A stretch of 64,000 nucleotides of DNA from Camelus dromedarius. Taxonomy: Eukaryota. The notes beneath the pieces are model-generated. The model was not told the DNA's origin. It saw only the letters and a program-made list of their open reading frames with translations, and did not search any database. The DNA lies in NCBI RefSeq assembly GCF_036321535.1, contig NC_087437.1, positions 40,612,001 to 40,676,000 on the forward strand, given 5' to 3'. The translations under genes and the position numbers were made by a program. Shown here piece by piece: positions 1 through 12,870 of this stretch. Position 1 is the first letter of the stretch; every line of letters starts with the position of its first letter.

Positions 1-59
1 TAGTAATGTACCATTATGCCATGTTTGCATTATATTTGCCAAATTATCTAATTCTAGTG

Positions 60-2150
60 ACTTAAAAAAATTGTTGATATAATTCATATACCATAAAACT
101 TACCCTTTTAGAGTGTACAATTCAGTGGTTTTTAGTAAATTCACAGAGGTATGCAATGATCACAACGTTTAGTTTCAGAACATTTCGTCACCCACAAAAG
201 AAAACCTGTAATCCAGTAGAAGTTATTCTCCATTCTCCCTTTTCCACTAGCCTCTGTCAACCACTAATACATTTTCTGTTTTTGTGGGTTTGTCTGTTTT
301 GGACATTTCTTGTAAGAGAGATCATACAACATGTGGCCTTTTGTCTAGCTTCTTGCACTAAACATAGTGTTTTCTCAGTCCATGTTTTAGCATGTGTTAG
401 TAATTCTTCCCTTTTTATGGCTTAATAACATTCTGTTGTATGGATGGATATACTACATTTTGTTTATCCATTCATCAGTTGATGGACATTTGGATGTACA
501 CTTTTCAGCTGTTATGACTAATGCTGTTTTGAAGACTTATGTGCAAGTTTAATGTGGACATAGGTTTTCATTTCTCTTGGGTATGTATTTAGGAGTGGAA
601 TTGCTAGATCATATGGTAACTCTATGTTTAATGTCTTAAGGGACTGCCAGACTATTTTCCAAAGCTGTTGCACCATTTTCATTTCTACCAGCAGCTTCTC
701 AGGATTCTAATTTCTGCACATTTTTGCCAACACTTGTTATTGTTTGTCTTTGATTATAGCCATTCTAGTAGTTGTTAAGTGGTATCTCATAGTTTTGATT
801 TGCAATTCTCCAGTGACTAATGATAATGAGTATCTTTTCATGCTTTTATTGAACATTTCAAATCTTTGGAAAAGTGCCTATTGAGATCTTGTGCCTATTT
901 TTAAGTAGGGTTATTTGTCTCTTTACTATTGAGTTATAGGAGTTCTTTATTCATTCTGGGTACTAGACCCTTATCTACATGATATGCCATTCTGTCAATT
1001 GCCTTTTCACTTCCTTGTTAGTGTCCTTTGAAGAACAAAAGTTTTAGATTCTGATGGAGTCCAGTTTAGTTTTTCTTTGATTGCTTACTTTAGGTGTCAT
1101 GTCTAAGAAACCATTGCCTAGTCCAAGCTTACAAAGATTTACAGTTAAGAGTTTTGGCTCTTACATTTAAGTCTGTGATCCATTTTGAGTTAATTTTTAT
1201 GTAAGGTATGAACTTCAACCTCATTCTCTGTATATAGGTACAGTTGTCCCAACACTGTTGAAAAGACTGCTCTTTCCCAATTGAACTGTCTTGGCACCAT
1301 TGTTGAAAACCAGTTGCCCATAAAAGTATGAGTTTATTTCTGGACTCAATCCTTATGCCGGTACTGCACACAGTTTTGATTTCTGTAGCTTTGTAATGAG
1401 CTTTCAAATTGGAGATTGTGAGTCCTCCAACTTTATTGTTCTTTTTCAAGATTGTTTTGGCTATTTTGGCTTCCTTTTATTTCCATATGAGTTTTAGAAT
1501 CAGCTTGTCTATTTCTGCCATGAAGCCAGTTGGGATTTTGATAGAGATTGCACTAAAAACATAGATCAGTTTGGGGGTGTTTTACCATTTATCATTGTCC
1601 CTTTGGGCTGCTATAACAAAAATACCATAGGCTGAGTGGCTGACACCACAAACATTTATTTTTCACAGTCTAGAGGCTGGGAAATCCAAGATCAAGGCAC
1701 CAACAGATTTGGTCTGGCAAGGACCTGCTACCTGGTTCATAGATGGCTGTCTTTTCACTGTCTTCTGCGTGGTTAAATGGTAGAGCTCTCTGAAATCTCT
1801 TTTTAAGGTCATAAATCCCATGATGGGGGCTCTTATGACCCTTGTGACCTAATTACCTCCCAAAGGCCCCACCTCCTAAACCATCACATTGGGGGTTACG
1901 ATTTCAACATGTGAATTTTGAAAGTCACTGACATTCAGATCATGATAGCATCTTAACAATATTAAGTCTTCCAATCCACGAACATGGGATGCCTTTCCAT
2001 TTTTTAGTCTTTTATTTCTTTAAATGATGTTTTATAGTTTTCATTGTACATGTTTTATACTCTTTTGTTAAATTCATTCGTAAGTATTTTATTATCTTTT
2101 ATTTTATTTGTAAGTGGGGTTATCGTCTTAATTTCATTTATGGATTGTTC
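60..2150 (-). mobile_element. Old L1 (L1M-type) 3' UTR/ORF2 fragment, antisense in a SKIL intron, interrupted by a MaLR LTR
   Basis: Minus ORF 1129..1449 (KKNNKVGGLTISNLKAHYKATEIKTV...KINSKWITDLNV) is a degenerate L1 ORF2 segment; typical L1 3' text such as tttatccattcatcagttgatggacattt near 463-491. Confidence 0.9.
1590..1950. mobile_element. MLT1A-like MaLR solo LTR nested in the L1
   Basis: gggctgctataacaaaaataccatagg...tccaagatcaagg...acctaattacctcccaaaggccccacctcc...ccatcacattgggg; L1 text resumes at tcttaacaatattaagtcttcc. Subfamily from recall. Confidence 0.8.
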
Positions 2151-2207
2151 AAGTTACTTTTTAACAGAGTGATATTAATACTCTTACTTCATTTTTGCCT
2201 CTCAAAG

Positions 2208-2449
2208 ATCCATCAGTTTCGAGTAATTCTACAAGTAAAAAGAAACCTGAGTCTACTACCTGCAACTCAACCAGGGACACAAGCAAGGTGGGAGCTGACC
2301 ATGATGCTGTAGCTTCATCTCCAGTTCTTGTCAAAGATGTCATTTGTGAGGATGATAAGGGAAAAATCATGGAGGAAGTAATGAAAACTTACGTAAAACA
2401 ACAGGAAAAACTGAACTCAATTTTACAGAAGAAGCAACAACTTCAGATG
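2208..2449 (+). CDS. SKIL: SKIL (SnoN) third-last coding exon, 242 bp
   Basis: Acceptor ctcaaAG|at at 2206-2207 and donor ATG|GTaaaa at 2450; encodes [13 protein letters not shown]...[38 protein letters not shown], matching the SnoN C-terminal region. Confidence 0.95.
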
Positions 2450-2744
2450 GTAAAATTGTTATCTAAATAATAGTCCATTGTGAAAAGATACTTCTGCGTA
2501 TTCTTAAGAAAAGTCATGATAACATGCTGCAAATGTATTTAAGATTATTCAGTTTTACGTTCATCAGAAAGATTAATATACTTTTAAATCTTTAGAGAAA
2601 ATAATTTTTCTAGATAATTACTTCTATGTAGAATTGATATGACAGTGGAATTTTAGATTTTTTCTGTCCTGTTCTTTCCTGACTTGAAAATTTTAACATG
2701 ATGGAAGTAAAGTAAAAATTGTATTGTGATTCTTTAAATTACAG

Positions 2745-2969
2745 GAAGTTGAAATGTTGAGTAGTTCAAAAGCTATGAAGGAGCTCACTGAAGAACAGCA
2801 GAATTTACAGAAAGAGCTCGAATCTTTGCAGAATGAACATGCTCATAAAATGGAAGAATTTTATGTTGAACAGAAGGACTTAGAGAAAAAATTGGAGCAG
2901 GTAATGAAGCAGAAATGTACCTGTGACTCAAATTTAGAAAAAGATAAAGAGGCTGAATATGCAGCGCAG
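2745..2969 (+). CDS. SKIL: SKIL penultimate coding exon, 225 bp, coiled coil
   Basis: Acceptor ttacAG|GAA and donor [41 protein letters not shown]...EAEYAAQ, in frame with both neighbouring exons. Confidence 0.96.
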
Positions 2970-3624
2970 GTAAGAATTACTCAGTTTGTATAGTGTTGCC
3001 CTTTCAGTGTGGAAATTGAAGCTGTTACTTTACTCATTAAAGAAATTACTTTTTTTCAAGCTTGTTTCATTAGACTAGATTTCAAAATAGAGAATTCCAT
3101 TAAATACAACTTAATGCTGTATCATCTAAGATGATTTTTTGACCTTGATTGCTTTATTACTTTAAACTTTTATGGGTTTCTGTAATTGAGTTGTCTAAAT
3201 CTCTAGCTGTCTGAATATCAAATGTTATATGATTTTAATGTAGTATATGGGCTTTCAAATCAATGAATTAACAACCATGAACTGTTGCCCACTGTGTTCA
3301 CAAGCCCTGGAGCAAAAATGAACTCACAACTTGGGGAAGATGAACAAATAACTCAGTGTGAGCAGGCTGTGATGAGAGGGGTACTGAAGTATTACGGCAT
3401 CGTGAACGTGCTCTAGGTTCAGTTCTCTTGACCCTTTGTTTTTCCCTCATTTTAAGGTTATGTCAAAGTCAGATTAATAGTATTAGATGTTCAGGAGATT
3501 GCAGTATATATAAAACAGCTCATTTTGTAAAAAGTAATTTGAAAGTAGATCTTTGCCATGATGTGAGGAGTAAATGGAAAAACAAAACTAAGTGAAAACT
3601 GACACACTCTTTTAAATCACACAG

Positions 3625-3783
3625 CTGGCAGAACTGAGACAGAGATTGGACCATGCAGAGGCTGATAGGCAAGAACTCCAGGATGAACTCAGACAGGAAC
3701 GGGAGGCAAGACAGAAATTAGAGATGATGATAAAAGAACTAAAGCTGCAAATTTTGAAATCATCAAAGACTGTTAAAGAATAA
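3625..3783 (+). CDS. SKIL: SKIL last coding exon, 52 codons plus TAA
   Basis: Acceptor cacac[57 protein letters not shown], the SnoN C-terminus. Not in the ORF track; translated by hand. Confidence 0.96.
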   Translation: MAELRQRLDHAEADRQELQDELRQEREARQKLEMMIKELKLQILKSSKTVKE

Positions 3784-6700
3784 AAATCTTTAAAGAGATT
3801 CATCTGTGTATTCCCAACAGGGTTTATTTTTGTTTGTTTGCTTGGTCATTGAATTCTGAACAATTTATCTGCATGAAATAACTAGGCATTCTATCCATTT
3901 GTAGGTCAGAGAAAGTGAAGAGATTATATATTGGTACATCAATTTTTACATTTTCCAAATGAATGAAAGTGTATGTTTCTTTGAACTTTTTTTCAACTAG
4001 CTTAGTAACAGTACTATATGATTTCAACTATAATATTATCTGCCTATATTTCTAATGCAAATTTAGCAGTTGCATACTTTTTAAAAGCTGCATTGTGTGG
4101 TGGAAAATAGTTGTGGTCAGTTTTGTTATCCATATTTCAGACTCAATTTTAGATACAATGGCGGCTTCATATTTCATTTATAGAGCCACTCAAGGAGTTG
4201 AATCTCCATGTTTTTTATTAATACAGTCTCCTGTCTAAGTTGATGTAGTAATCTCATTATTATAATCAAAATTTGCTTTTGTTAATATTGTGGAATGAAT
4301 TTCCACTGATTGTCTTCTATTTAATGTCTCCTGAGAGACATTTTGTCCATAGAGGGTTATAGCACACCCCATGGGGAAGGATTATATGCTTTCTTACACA
4401 CTGCTGCTAAACACAAGAAGCAGTTATAATTAGCTTTTTTTGTTTAAATGGGGTTATATTTAGAAAAAAATTTTTATGCAGCAACTTCAGGAGAGGGAAT
4501 AAAATGTAATAATTTTTGAGCTTCTGTTTATGTTGTTAATAGTGGTGTGAGAATATTAATGTACTTGAGAAAAACTGATAACATTGATGTGTATCAGTTT
4601 CTATACAATCCATAATCCTCCTGTACAGTTTTTATATGTAGTTATGGGTCTTACTACAATTTATATAATGGATTTGTTTTCCTTAATGGATTTGTTTTCC
4701 TTTAAATTGTAAAATATTAAACACCTTGAAGATTATTTTGGACTTTTGTATGTTTAAATGTCAAGTCTTACCAAAATTTGCACGAATGGACCATTTTCAG
4801 TTACTATTTAATATCAAAATCAGGAATATACAGTCAGCTGGTAGTGTTTAGTTATTGCTACTAAAAGATTTTTAGATAATTTTTAGAAGACAAAGGAATT
4901 CCATAGTTTGGGGGAGGGGCAACTTCTGCACTTTTTTTTTTTTTTTTTTTTTTGCACAGAAAGCCTGTCATTCTTTTAATAGCAAATTTCATACTACTTA
5001 AATCTTGGCTTAACAGGTACTAGGTAAAATTCTTAGTATGTATTTTTTAAAAGACTTTTCCAGAATCTGCCATTAATTGACCTTATTATCCCATGAATTT
5101 CATGTTTATATTCTTGTGTAAGGTATTGTATGAAATAACTTGAGACCTAAATTTGTTTTTAAAATAATTCAGCTAGGATTAAGATTATTTACTATTCCCA
5201 CCATAGGTGATGGATACTCTAATGATATAGAACTTCAAAAATAAAGATGTTATCATTTAACCAGTTATTTTCATATTTTGCTTAATGGTACTTAATATAT
5301 CCTAAAAGAATTTTTATACTTCTCGAAGTATAGTTTCTTCACTAGAGTGTGGTCTAGGTGTTTATTTTCTATTTTCCATTCAAATTTTACTATATTAACC
5401 CTGCAGTTTACTTTGTTGATTATTGGAACCTACTCAAGGAGGAACACATGTCTAAAATGACATATAGGAACAAATATTAAAAGTGACATGCCCTCCTATT
5501 ACCTCTTATTTATCTTTATCTGGAGAAAGAAAAATCACAAAGACATTTTATGACATAGTTTCATTTTAGTTGTAAATTAGCTGTGTCATAGCTAAGCTTT
5601 TTGGGAGACAAAACTCAAGGCCCTGTAATTTCATTTATTTTTCTGATTCACTCAAAATCTACTTATGTTACTTAGTTTAAATAATTAGCTTACCTAGGTT
5701 TTAACTCAAAACTTCTAAAATAAATTGCCTAATCTTTGAAATATGTTATTTGAAAATTCTAAGCAGTGCTTAATTACCTTTAAATTTCATAAACTCTTAG
5801 TTTAAAATTGAGTAAAGAACTGCTTTTTCTGGTCCTTCACATAAGGGAAACTTGCCACGTGAAATTGTATAGTCTTTATTTTCCAGAAGCTACATTGATG
5901 TGCCATAGGTTTCTGTCTAACTTCTTTGAAAATAGTTTTTTTAGTCAATTGTAAATATTATGCCTATTCTAGTTAAAAGTCATTTTAAGTTAAACTTGTA
6001 CCACATAGCTTGAAACTATTGAGACTTTGTAATACTTTACAAGTGGCCTCTGCTTAAAATACCCATATAAACTTACTCTTATTCTTGGCATGCTCATTTT
6101 GTGTGTTGATTGCTAGCCTGAAGTTTGTTTTGGTGTTAGTTGTTTTGGTGTTAGTTTTTGTGTGCCAATTCATCAGGAAAGCAGATTTTCCCCTCAGACT
6201 TTATAATGTTATTCTTTGTAGGAAAAATACAAAAATACTTACTTTAAAAACCTGTGTTAAAGGAATGGCCTATCAAGAGTGCTAGAGCATCTTTAAAAAG
6301 AAGAAAAGATAGAATATTAGTTTACTGGGTGACAAGTGATGTTTAATTTGGGTGACGACAGTTTCTATACTCTAAACTTCATGAGAAGAAGGTACCAAAT
6401 CTATAGAAACATAAAACCTGCTGTCATTGAGAAAGCTCTAAACCACCCTGATATCACAAATACAACTTAGGACACTATCAAAGGATTTGACCAACAATGT
6501 AATTTTGGCTTGTGCTTTAGTTTTGTAAAGCATATTCTTTTGCTTTTGAATTTCTGTGTCCAGAAGAGTTGGGATGTTTTATGCTTCTTGAACTAATTTT
6601 ATAACATATTTAATATATTACCAATTGAGATATAAAATCATGTGTACATATTGAATTAAAAATCAGTTACTAAATAATAGACTGAGTACAATGATACTTG

Positions 6701-8015
6701 CAGGTTATCCATATATTTTAGAAGTCATGACAGAATAGCCAATTTATTTGCACATCTATGGCTTCTGTTTGAAGGAAAGTAAAATGATAAGGCAACTCGA
6801 GTAACAGAAAACATGTTTTATTTCCCTGAAAGTAATAGGAAAGCTGGTGCTGAAGGTTTTTGATCAGTTTCTAAAATTTTGTTGTCCATGACTTATGTTT
6901 TGATTGCTTAGGGAAGAATCCTCGTTTTTATTTGCTCTTATACATTTAATCTGCGTGACAGGACATTAAAAATTAATATAATGGAAAGTTGTGCTCATAC
7001 TGTACATCTATTTCTGTGCTTGAAACTACTTATTTTTATTGAAACTGTCAGCAATAAGGGACACATTACTGCTGTATTATAAATTGTGGGATTGAATAAT
7101 TTAAACAGCTTAAATTTATTTCTATTATTGGAAGAAATTCATATGGGTAGTCTATATTGCATCCTGTTTAAAAGGACAGTTTTTTTTTTTTCTTTTGTAA
7201 AATCTTCCCATTTTCAATGGTTTCTAAATTACATAATGCAATTTGGAGCTTGTTTCTTTAGTGATAGACTTAAATGTCTTATATAGTGCTACTGTTTTTG
7301 AATTAAAATGAACAAATGTAAAAATTGAAATTTAAAAATTAAGCCCAGAAAACAAAATAGTGTATTAAGTTGGTTGAATGTAAAGAAATTTACAAAGTTT
7401 TTTCTTCAATATAGATACCTCACTTGAAAATAAAGCACAGCATACTTAAAGTAGTTCTAGTGAAAAAAAAAATCCTACTAAAAGAATTGCTAAATCTTGA
7501 ACAACTTTTGGGGAATTATAGTTTGGAAGAAATAAAATATATTTGCTTTTAACCATCCTATTAGAAGTATTTATTTATCCTGATAATTTTAAGCCAACAC
7601 AGTAGTCTTAAATTATTTCTGAATTTCTAATCTGTGAACGCGGTAAATGCAAGATCTGTTGTGCAACTATTGACACAAATTGTTGACTACATTGACCATA
7701 ATTCAATTTAAAATTTTGCCAATGATGTACAGTTTTATGGTTAAAATTGCTGTGGTTGGTTGCATTACATGACACACAAAACTGTCCTCTACCTCACGTG
7801 AAATAAATATTTTATATGGTTTTACTATAAAACAAGACTCATCTATCTGGTCAGTTAGTTTACAAATTTTGAATTATATTTATTGAAACATGACATACTG
7901 TGCTCTTAGCTTATACCTCAATTGTATTTTGCGCTGTTTTCCATTTTCATGCCTTGTAAATAACTTGTATAGATTGTGGATTAAATTCCAAATAAAAACT
8001 TTTAATGCCAATGGA
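3784..8015 (+). other. SKIL: SKIL 3' UTR, ~4.2 kb, AU-rich
   Basis: Repeat-poor AU-rich sequence after the stop; AATAAA at 4498, 7429, 7531, 7802 and 7991; transposable elements resume at ~8250. The 3' end is inferred. Confidence 0.75.
7991..7996 (+). terminator. SKIL: Probable distal SKIL polyadenylation signal
   Basis: AATAAA with upstream TGTA motifs (7923, 7955, 7966) and GT/T-rich sequence downstream. Confidence 0.7.
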
Positions 8016-8249
8016 ATTGATTCAAGCCATCTTGGTATCCTGTGTGAGCTCAACTTTCGTATTTCTTAAGATTGACATTTTCTCCTTTTGTTCCTTTAAA
8101 GTCTAACACAGCAAGTGACTAACTTGAGAAACTTTAGTAAATTGTAAAATGTGAAATTTTAGGTGATGAATATACTGGCATTTTGTGATTATTCTTTATC
8201 ATGATACTTGGACTCTTGCTTTAACATCTTTTCCTCACCCCCATCTCTG

Positions 8250-8728
8250 GTGTTAGTTATCAATTACTGCATTAAAAAATTCCAAAATTTAGGAGCTTAA
8301 AACAACAGGTACCTCACAGTATCTGAGGATCAGAAATCCAGAGTCAGGGTAGTTTAACGCGATGGCTCAGGAGCTCTTAGGTGGGTTCATTTAAGGTGTT
8401 ACCTGGGGCTGAAGTCATATGACTGACAGCTGTAGGATCTGCTTCCCAGCTTACTCACAGGGCTATTGACAGGTGCTCAGCCCATCACTGTATGCACCTG
8501 TCCTTGGATCTCTTTACAACTTAGTGGATGGCTTCAAATGAATGATCCAAAGAAGAGTGATGCCACAATTTATTTAATGACCTAGACTCTTTTAAGTCAT
8601 ATACTGTTACTTTTTCCTTATCCTGTTTGTAAGAAGTAAGTCCCTGAGTCCAGCCCATGCTCAATTGGCGATTTTTGAATATAAGGAGGCAAGGATCACT
8701 GGGGGCTATCTTAGAATTTAGTTGCCAT
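8250..8728. mobile_element. MLT1-type MaLR LTR, old subfamily
   Basis: tgttagttatcaattactgc...ggagcttaaaacaac...ggggctgaagtcat...ggatcactgggggctatcttag resembles MLT1 consensus. Confidence 0.65.
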
Positions 8729-9121
8729 ATCCTCTAAATTTTCTTTTGTTTGTGGCAAAATATACATAACATAAAATTTACTATTTTAACCATTTTAAAA
8801 TGTATAAGTCAGGGGCATAAAGTACATTACACAATGTTGTGTAACTGTCACCACTATATCAAGAACTTTTTCACTATCCCAAACAGAAACTCTATTAAAC
8901 ATAACTCCCTATTCCCTCTCCCTCTAGCCCTTGATATCCTCTATTTTACTTTCTCTATGAATTTGCCTATTCTAGGTACCTCACATAAGTGGAATAAAAA
9001 TATTTGTCCTTTTGTGTCTAACTTTGCACTGTTTGACTTAGCATGATGTTTATATCCATGTTGTAGCATGTATCAATTTCATTCCTTTTTATGACTGAAT
9101 AATATGCCATTGTGTATGTAT

Positions 9122-9124
<3 letters not shown>

Positions 9125-9158
<34 letters not shown>
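9125..9158. repeat. (CA)17 microsatellite
   Basis: Directly visible. Confidence 0.97.
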
Positions 9159-9162
<4 letters not shown>

Positions 9163-9271
9163 TGCTTATCCAAGTCCTTTGCTCATTTTTAAGTTGAGAT
9201 GTTTACTATTTTCTCCCATTCTTTAGGTTGTCTTTTCACTCTAATAGTGTCCTTTGATGCACAAAAGTTTT

Positions 9272-9416
9272 TTTTTAAATTTTTAAATTTAATGTGTTTT
9301 GGAGGGGGGTAGTTAGTTTTATTTATTTATTTAATTTTAGATGGCATACTGGAGCTTGAACCCAGGACCTCATGCATGCTAAGCACGTACTCTGCCACTT
9401 GAGCTATACCCTCCCC
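9272..9416 (-). mobile_element. tRNA-Ala-derived SINE (camelid Vic-1-like)
   Basis: Reverse complement reads ggggagggtatagctcaagtggcagag...gcttagcatgcatgaggtcctgggttcaag; TSD tttgatgcacaaaagtttt (9253-9271) / tctgatgcacgaaagtttt (9417-9435). Confidence 0.9.
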
Positions 9417-10197
9417 TCTGATGCACGAAAGTTTTAAATTTTGATCAAGTCCAACTTACCTATTTTTTCTTTTGTTGTCTGTACTTTTTGGTGGTATATC
9501 CAAGAAATCATTGCCAAAATCCAGTGTCATGAAGCTTTTCACATGTTTTCTCCTAAGAGTGTTATATTTTTAGCTCTTACTGGAATTGTTTTCTTAGTTT
9601 CTATTTCAGATTGTTCATTGCCAATGTGTAGAAAATGCAATTGATTTTGCAGTGTTGACTTTGTATCCTGGAACTTCGCTAAATTTATTTATTAGCTGAG
9701 AGCTCTTTTTTGTGTGTGTGAAGTCTTTAAGAGTTTCTATGTATAAGGTCACATCATTTGTGAATACAGGTAATTTTACTTCTTTTCCAATTTGGATGCT
9801 TTTTATTTCTTTTTCTTGCCTAATTGCTCTAGCTAGAACCTCTGATGCTATATGAATAGAAGTGGTGAAATCAGGTGTCCTTGTTTTGTTCTTAATCTTA
9901 GAGGGAAAGCTTTCAGTCTTTTACCTTTGAGTATTATGTTAGCTGGGGTTTTTTCATATATGGCCTATTTATCATGTTGAAGAAGTTCTCTTCTGTACTT
10001 TTTTTTTTTTACCATGAGGTAGCATTGAATTTTGTTTAATGATTTTTCTGTATCAATTGAGATGATAATGTAGTTTTTTCCTTCATGTTATTGCTATGAT
10101 GTATTACATTGCTTGGTTTTCATAAGTTAACTATCTTTTGCATTCCAAGAATAAATCCTACTTGCTCATGGTATCTAATCCTTTTAATATGCTGTTG

Positions 10198-10288
10198 TTT
10201 ATTTATTTATTTGAAATGCATTTGACATATAACATTCTATAAATTTAAGGTGTACAACATGTTTGATTTCATACATTTATATATAGTC
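10198..10288 (-). mobile_element. Short L1MA-type 3'-terminal fragment inserted into older L1
   Basis: tttatttatttatttgaaatgcatttgacatataacattc...aaggtgtacaacatg flanked by taatatgctg (10185-10194) and taatacgctg (10289-10298). Confidence 0.65.
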
Positions 10289-12761
10289 TAATACGCTGAA
10301 TTTGGTTTGCCGAGATTTTGTTGAGGATGTTTGCATCTATATTCGTAAGGGATATTAGTCTCTAGGTTTTGTTTGTTTTGCAGTGTCTTTGGTGTTGATA
10401 TGAGGTTAATCCTGGCTTCATAGAATGAGTTAGAAAGGGTTCTCTTTGCTTTGATTTTTTAGGAAAAGTTTGAGAAGGACTGGTCTTACTTCTTTTAATA
10501 TTTGGTAGACCTCAGCAGTGAAGCCATCTGGTCCTAGGCTTTTCTTTGTTTGGAGGTTTTTGATTACTGACTTAATCTCTTTACTAGTTACAGGTTTACC
10601 TATTTCCTATTTCTTCATGAGTCGCTTTTGGTAGATTGTGTATTTCTAAGAATTTATCAATTTCATGTAGGTTATCTAATTTGATGGCTCATGGTATTCT
10701 CTTAAAATCCTTTTTATTTCTGTAAAATAGGTTAATATGTTCCTATTTTCATTTCTGATTTTAGGAATTTTTGAGTTTTTTTCCCCTAAGTGTATCTAAG
10801 TGTTTGTCAATTTTGTTGATACTTTCATAGAATCAACTTTTTATTTCATTGATTTTCTCTCTTGTTTTTATATTCTTTATTTCCACTCTAATCTTTATTA
10901 GTTCCTTCTACAAGTTTTGAGTTTAGTTTACTCTTCTTTTTCTAGGTTCCTCAAGGTTTACAGTTTGATTATTGATTTGAGATCTTTTTTAGTGGATGCC
11001 TTTATAGCTATAAATTTCCATCTTGGGAAATAAAACATAGTTACAAAGTAAAATTGCAATAATACTGGCTTTTATATTTGCTCATGTATTCACCTTTCTT
11101 GGAGATTTTTATTTCTTCTTACAGCTTCAGGTTATTGTCTTGTGTCCTTTGTTTCAATCTAAAGGATTCTCTTTAACATTTCTTGTAGAGTAGGTCTAGG
11201 GGTAGTCAGCATTTATTTATCTGGTAATGTCTTAATTTCTCCCTCATTTTGGAAGGACAGTTTTGCCAGATATAAATTTCTTGGTTGAAAGTTCTTTCTT
11301 TCAGCACTTTTCATCATTCCACTGACTTCTAGTCTTCAAAGTTTCTGCTGAGCAGTCTGCTGGTAATCTTATTAAGGATTCCATATTCAGGAGTCACTTC
11401 TCCAGCTGCTTTCAGAATTCTCCCTTTGTCTTTCAACAGTTTAATTATAACGTTTCTTGGTGTGGGAGTTTATGTGCAGTTCACTGAGCTGCTTAGATTT
11501 GTAGATTTAGGTGTTTCATCACATCTGCAAAGTTTTCAGATTATTTCTTCAACGAATCTTCAAATAATCTCCCCTTTCTTCTTTAGGACTCCCATAATGC
11601 TTCAGAATTTCTATTTGGTTTGCTTTTATAATTTCTCTCTTTTACTGACATTCTTATTTAGTTTGTAAATTGCTTTCCTGATTTCCTTTAGTTCTTTGTT
11701 CAGATTTTTCTTTAGTTTTTCTGAGCATATTTAGTATGGTTGTTTTGAAGTCTTTGTTTAGCAAATCCAATAACTGGGCATTTTCAAGGGTGGTTTCTGT
11801 CAATTTGTTTGTTCCTTGGAATGTATTATATTTTTTCTTTCTTTGTATGCCTTGTGATATTTTTTGTTGTTGAAAATTAAGCTTTTGACAATTATAATGT
11901 AACTTTGGAAATCAGATTTACCCTCTTCACCAGGGTTTGCAGTTTGTTAAAAAAATTATTATTGCTGAAGGTTGTGGTAGTTTATTTGCTTTGAGATTTT
12001 TTCCACTATTTTTTCCACACTATTTTGCAAAGACTATTCCTTATTGTGTGTGGTCACAGAATTGTCTGTTCCTTTAGCTCATGTTCAGCTAATATTTTGA
12101 CAGATTCCTTGAATGCCAGGAGCTAAACAAACAAAACAACAAAAACTCACACACAAAAATTTAAAGAAGAGAAGCAGAAAAGCAAAAAAATCCAATTACT
12201 TCTTCCAGTCTTTGCAGCTTGGTTTTGTGTTAAGACACTCCTTTAGTACTTAGGTAGGCTTACTCTGATCCTAGGAATCAGCCCACAGTAAAAACTTAAG
12301 GCCTTTTCAGGTCTTTTCTGGGTACACATCTTGCCTGGGCATGTATGTAGTTTTCTAAATCCCCCCTATAGAGAGCTGCTTTTGAATGCCCTAACTTCTT
12401 GAAGAATTTTATCTAACTCGCCTCCAATTCTTAGACAGTCTATTGGTTGTTTCCACCTGTAATCTCTTGTCCCAGGCATCTGTGAGTCTGTAATTTTTTA
12501 CAAGCAGTGCCTACTGCTTTCTCCATCTAAGTTCCAAGCTGGGTGAACTGAAGATGAGAGTCTTGTGTTAGTTCAAGTATGCCCCAGACAGGTCAGAACA
12601 GATGTACTGATGGTTTTCAAGTAAGCTCTGCTCTGTTCCCTCTTGTTCAAGGGAGGAAACTGGGCTGCTGCTGCTTCAACCTCAAAACTGCTGCTGCACT
12701 GGAGTAGGGAGGCAAAAGTGTGAATAAAAATGCCCCCAAACTTTCCTGTTATTTTGAAGAT

Positions 12762-12870
12762 TCTCCCTTCCTTCCTTCCTTTCTTTCTTCCTTTCTTTCC
12801 CTTCCTTCCTACCTTCCTTCCTTCCTTTCTTTCTCTCTCTCTCTCTTTCTCTCTTTCTTCCTTTCTTTCT
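12762..12870. repeat. Polypyrimidine compound microsatellite (CCTT/CTTT/CT)n
   Basis: Directly visible; explains the low-complexity ORFs at 12682-13044. Confidence 0.95.

Larger units (their letters stand above)
8745..12700 (-). mobile_element. Composite old L1 fragments, antisense, with nested SINE, short L1 tail and (CA)n
   Basis: L1 3' text cataacataaaatttactattttaacc; ORF2-antisense text such as gaatagaagtggtgaaa...gagggaaagctttcagtc and agtgaagccatctggtcctagg. Right boundary uncertain. Confidence 0.8.

Noticed and set aside
2158..2167. Possible alternative acceptor (ttttaacAG) upstream of the SKIL exon at 2208
   Set aside because: It would add 40 nt and shift the frame; nothing in the sequence supports its use.
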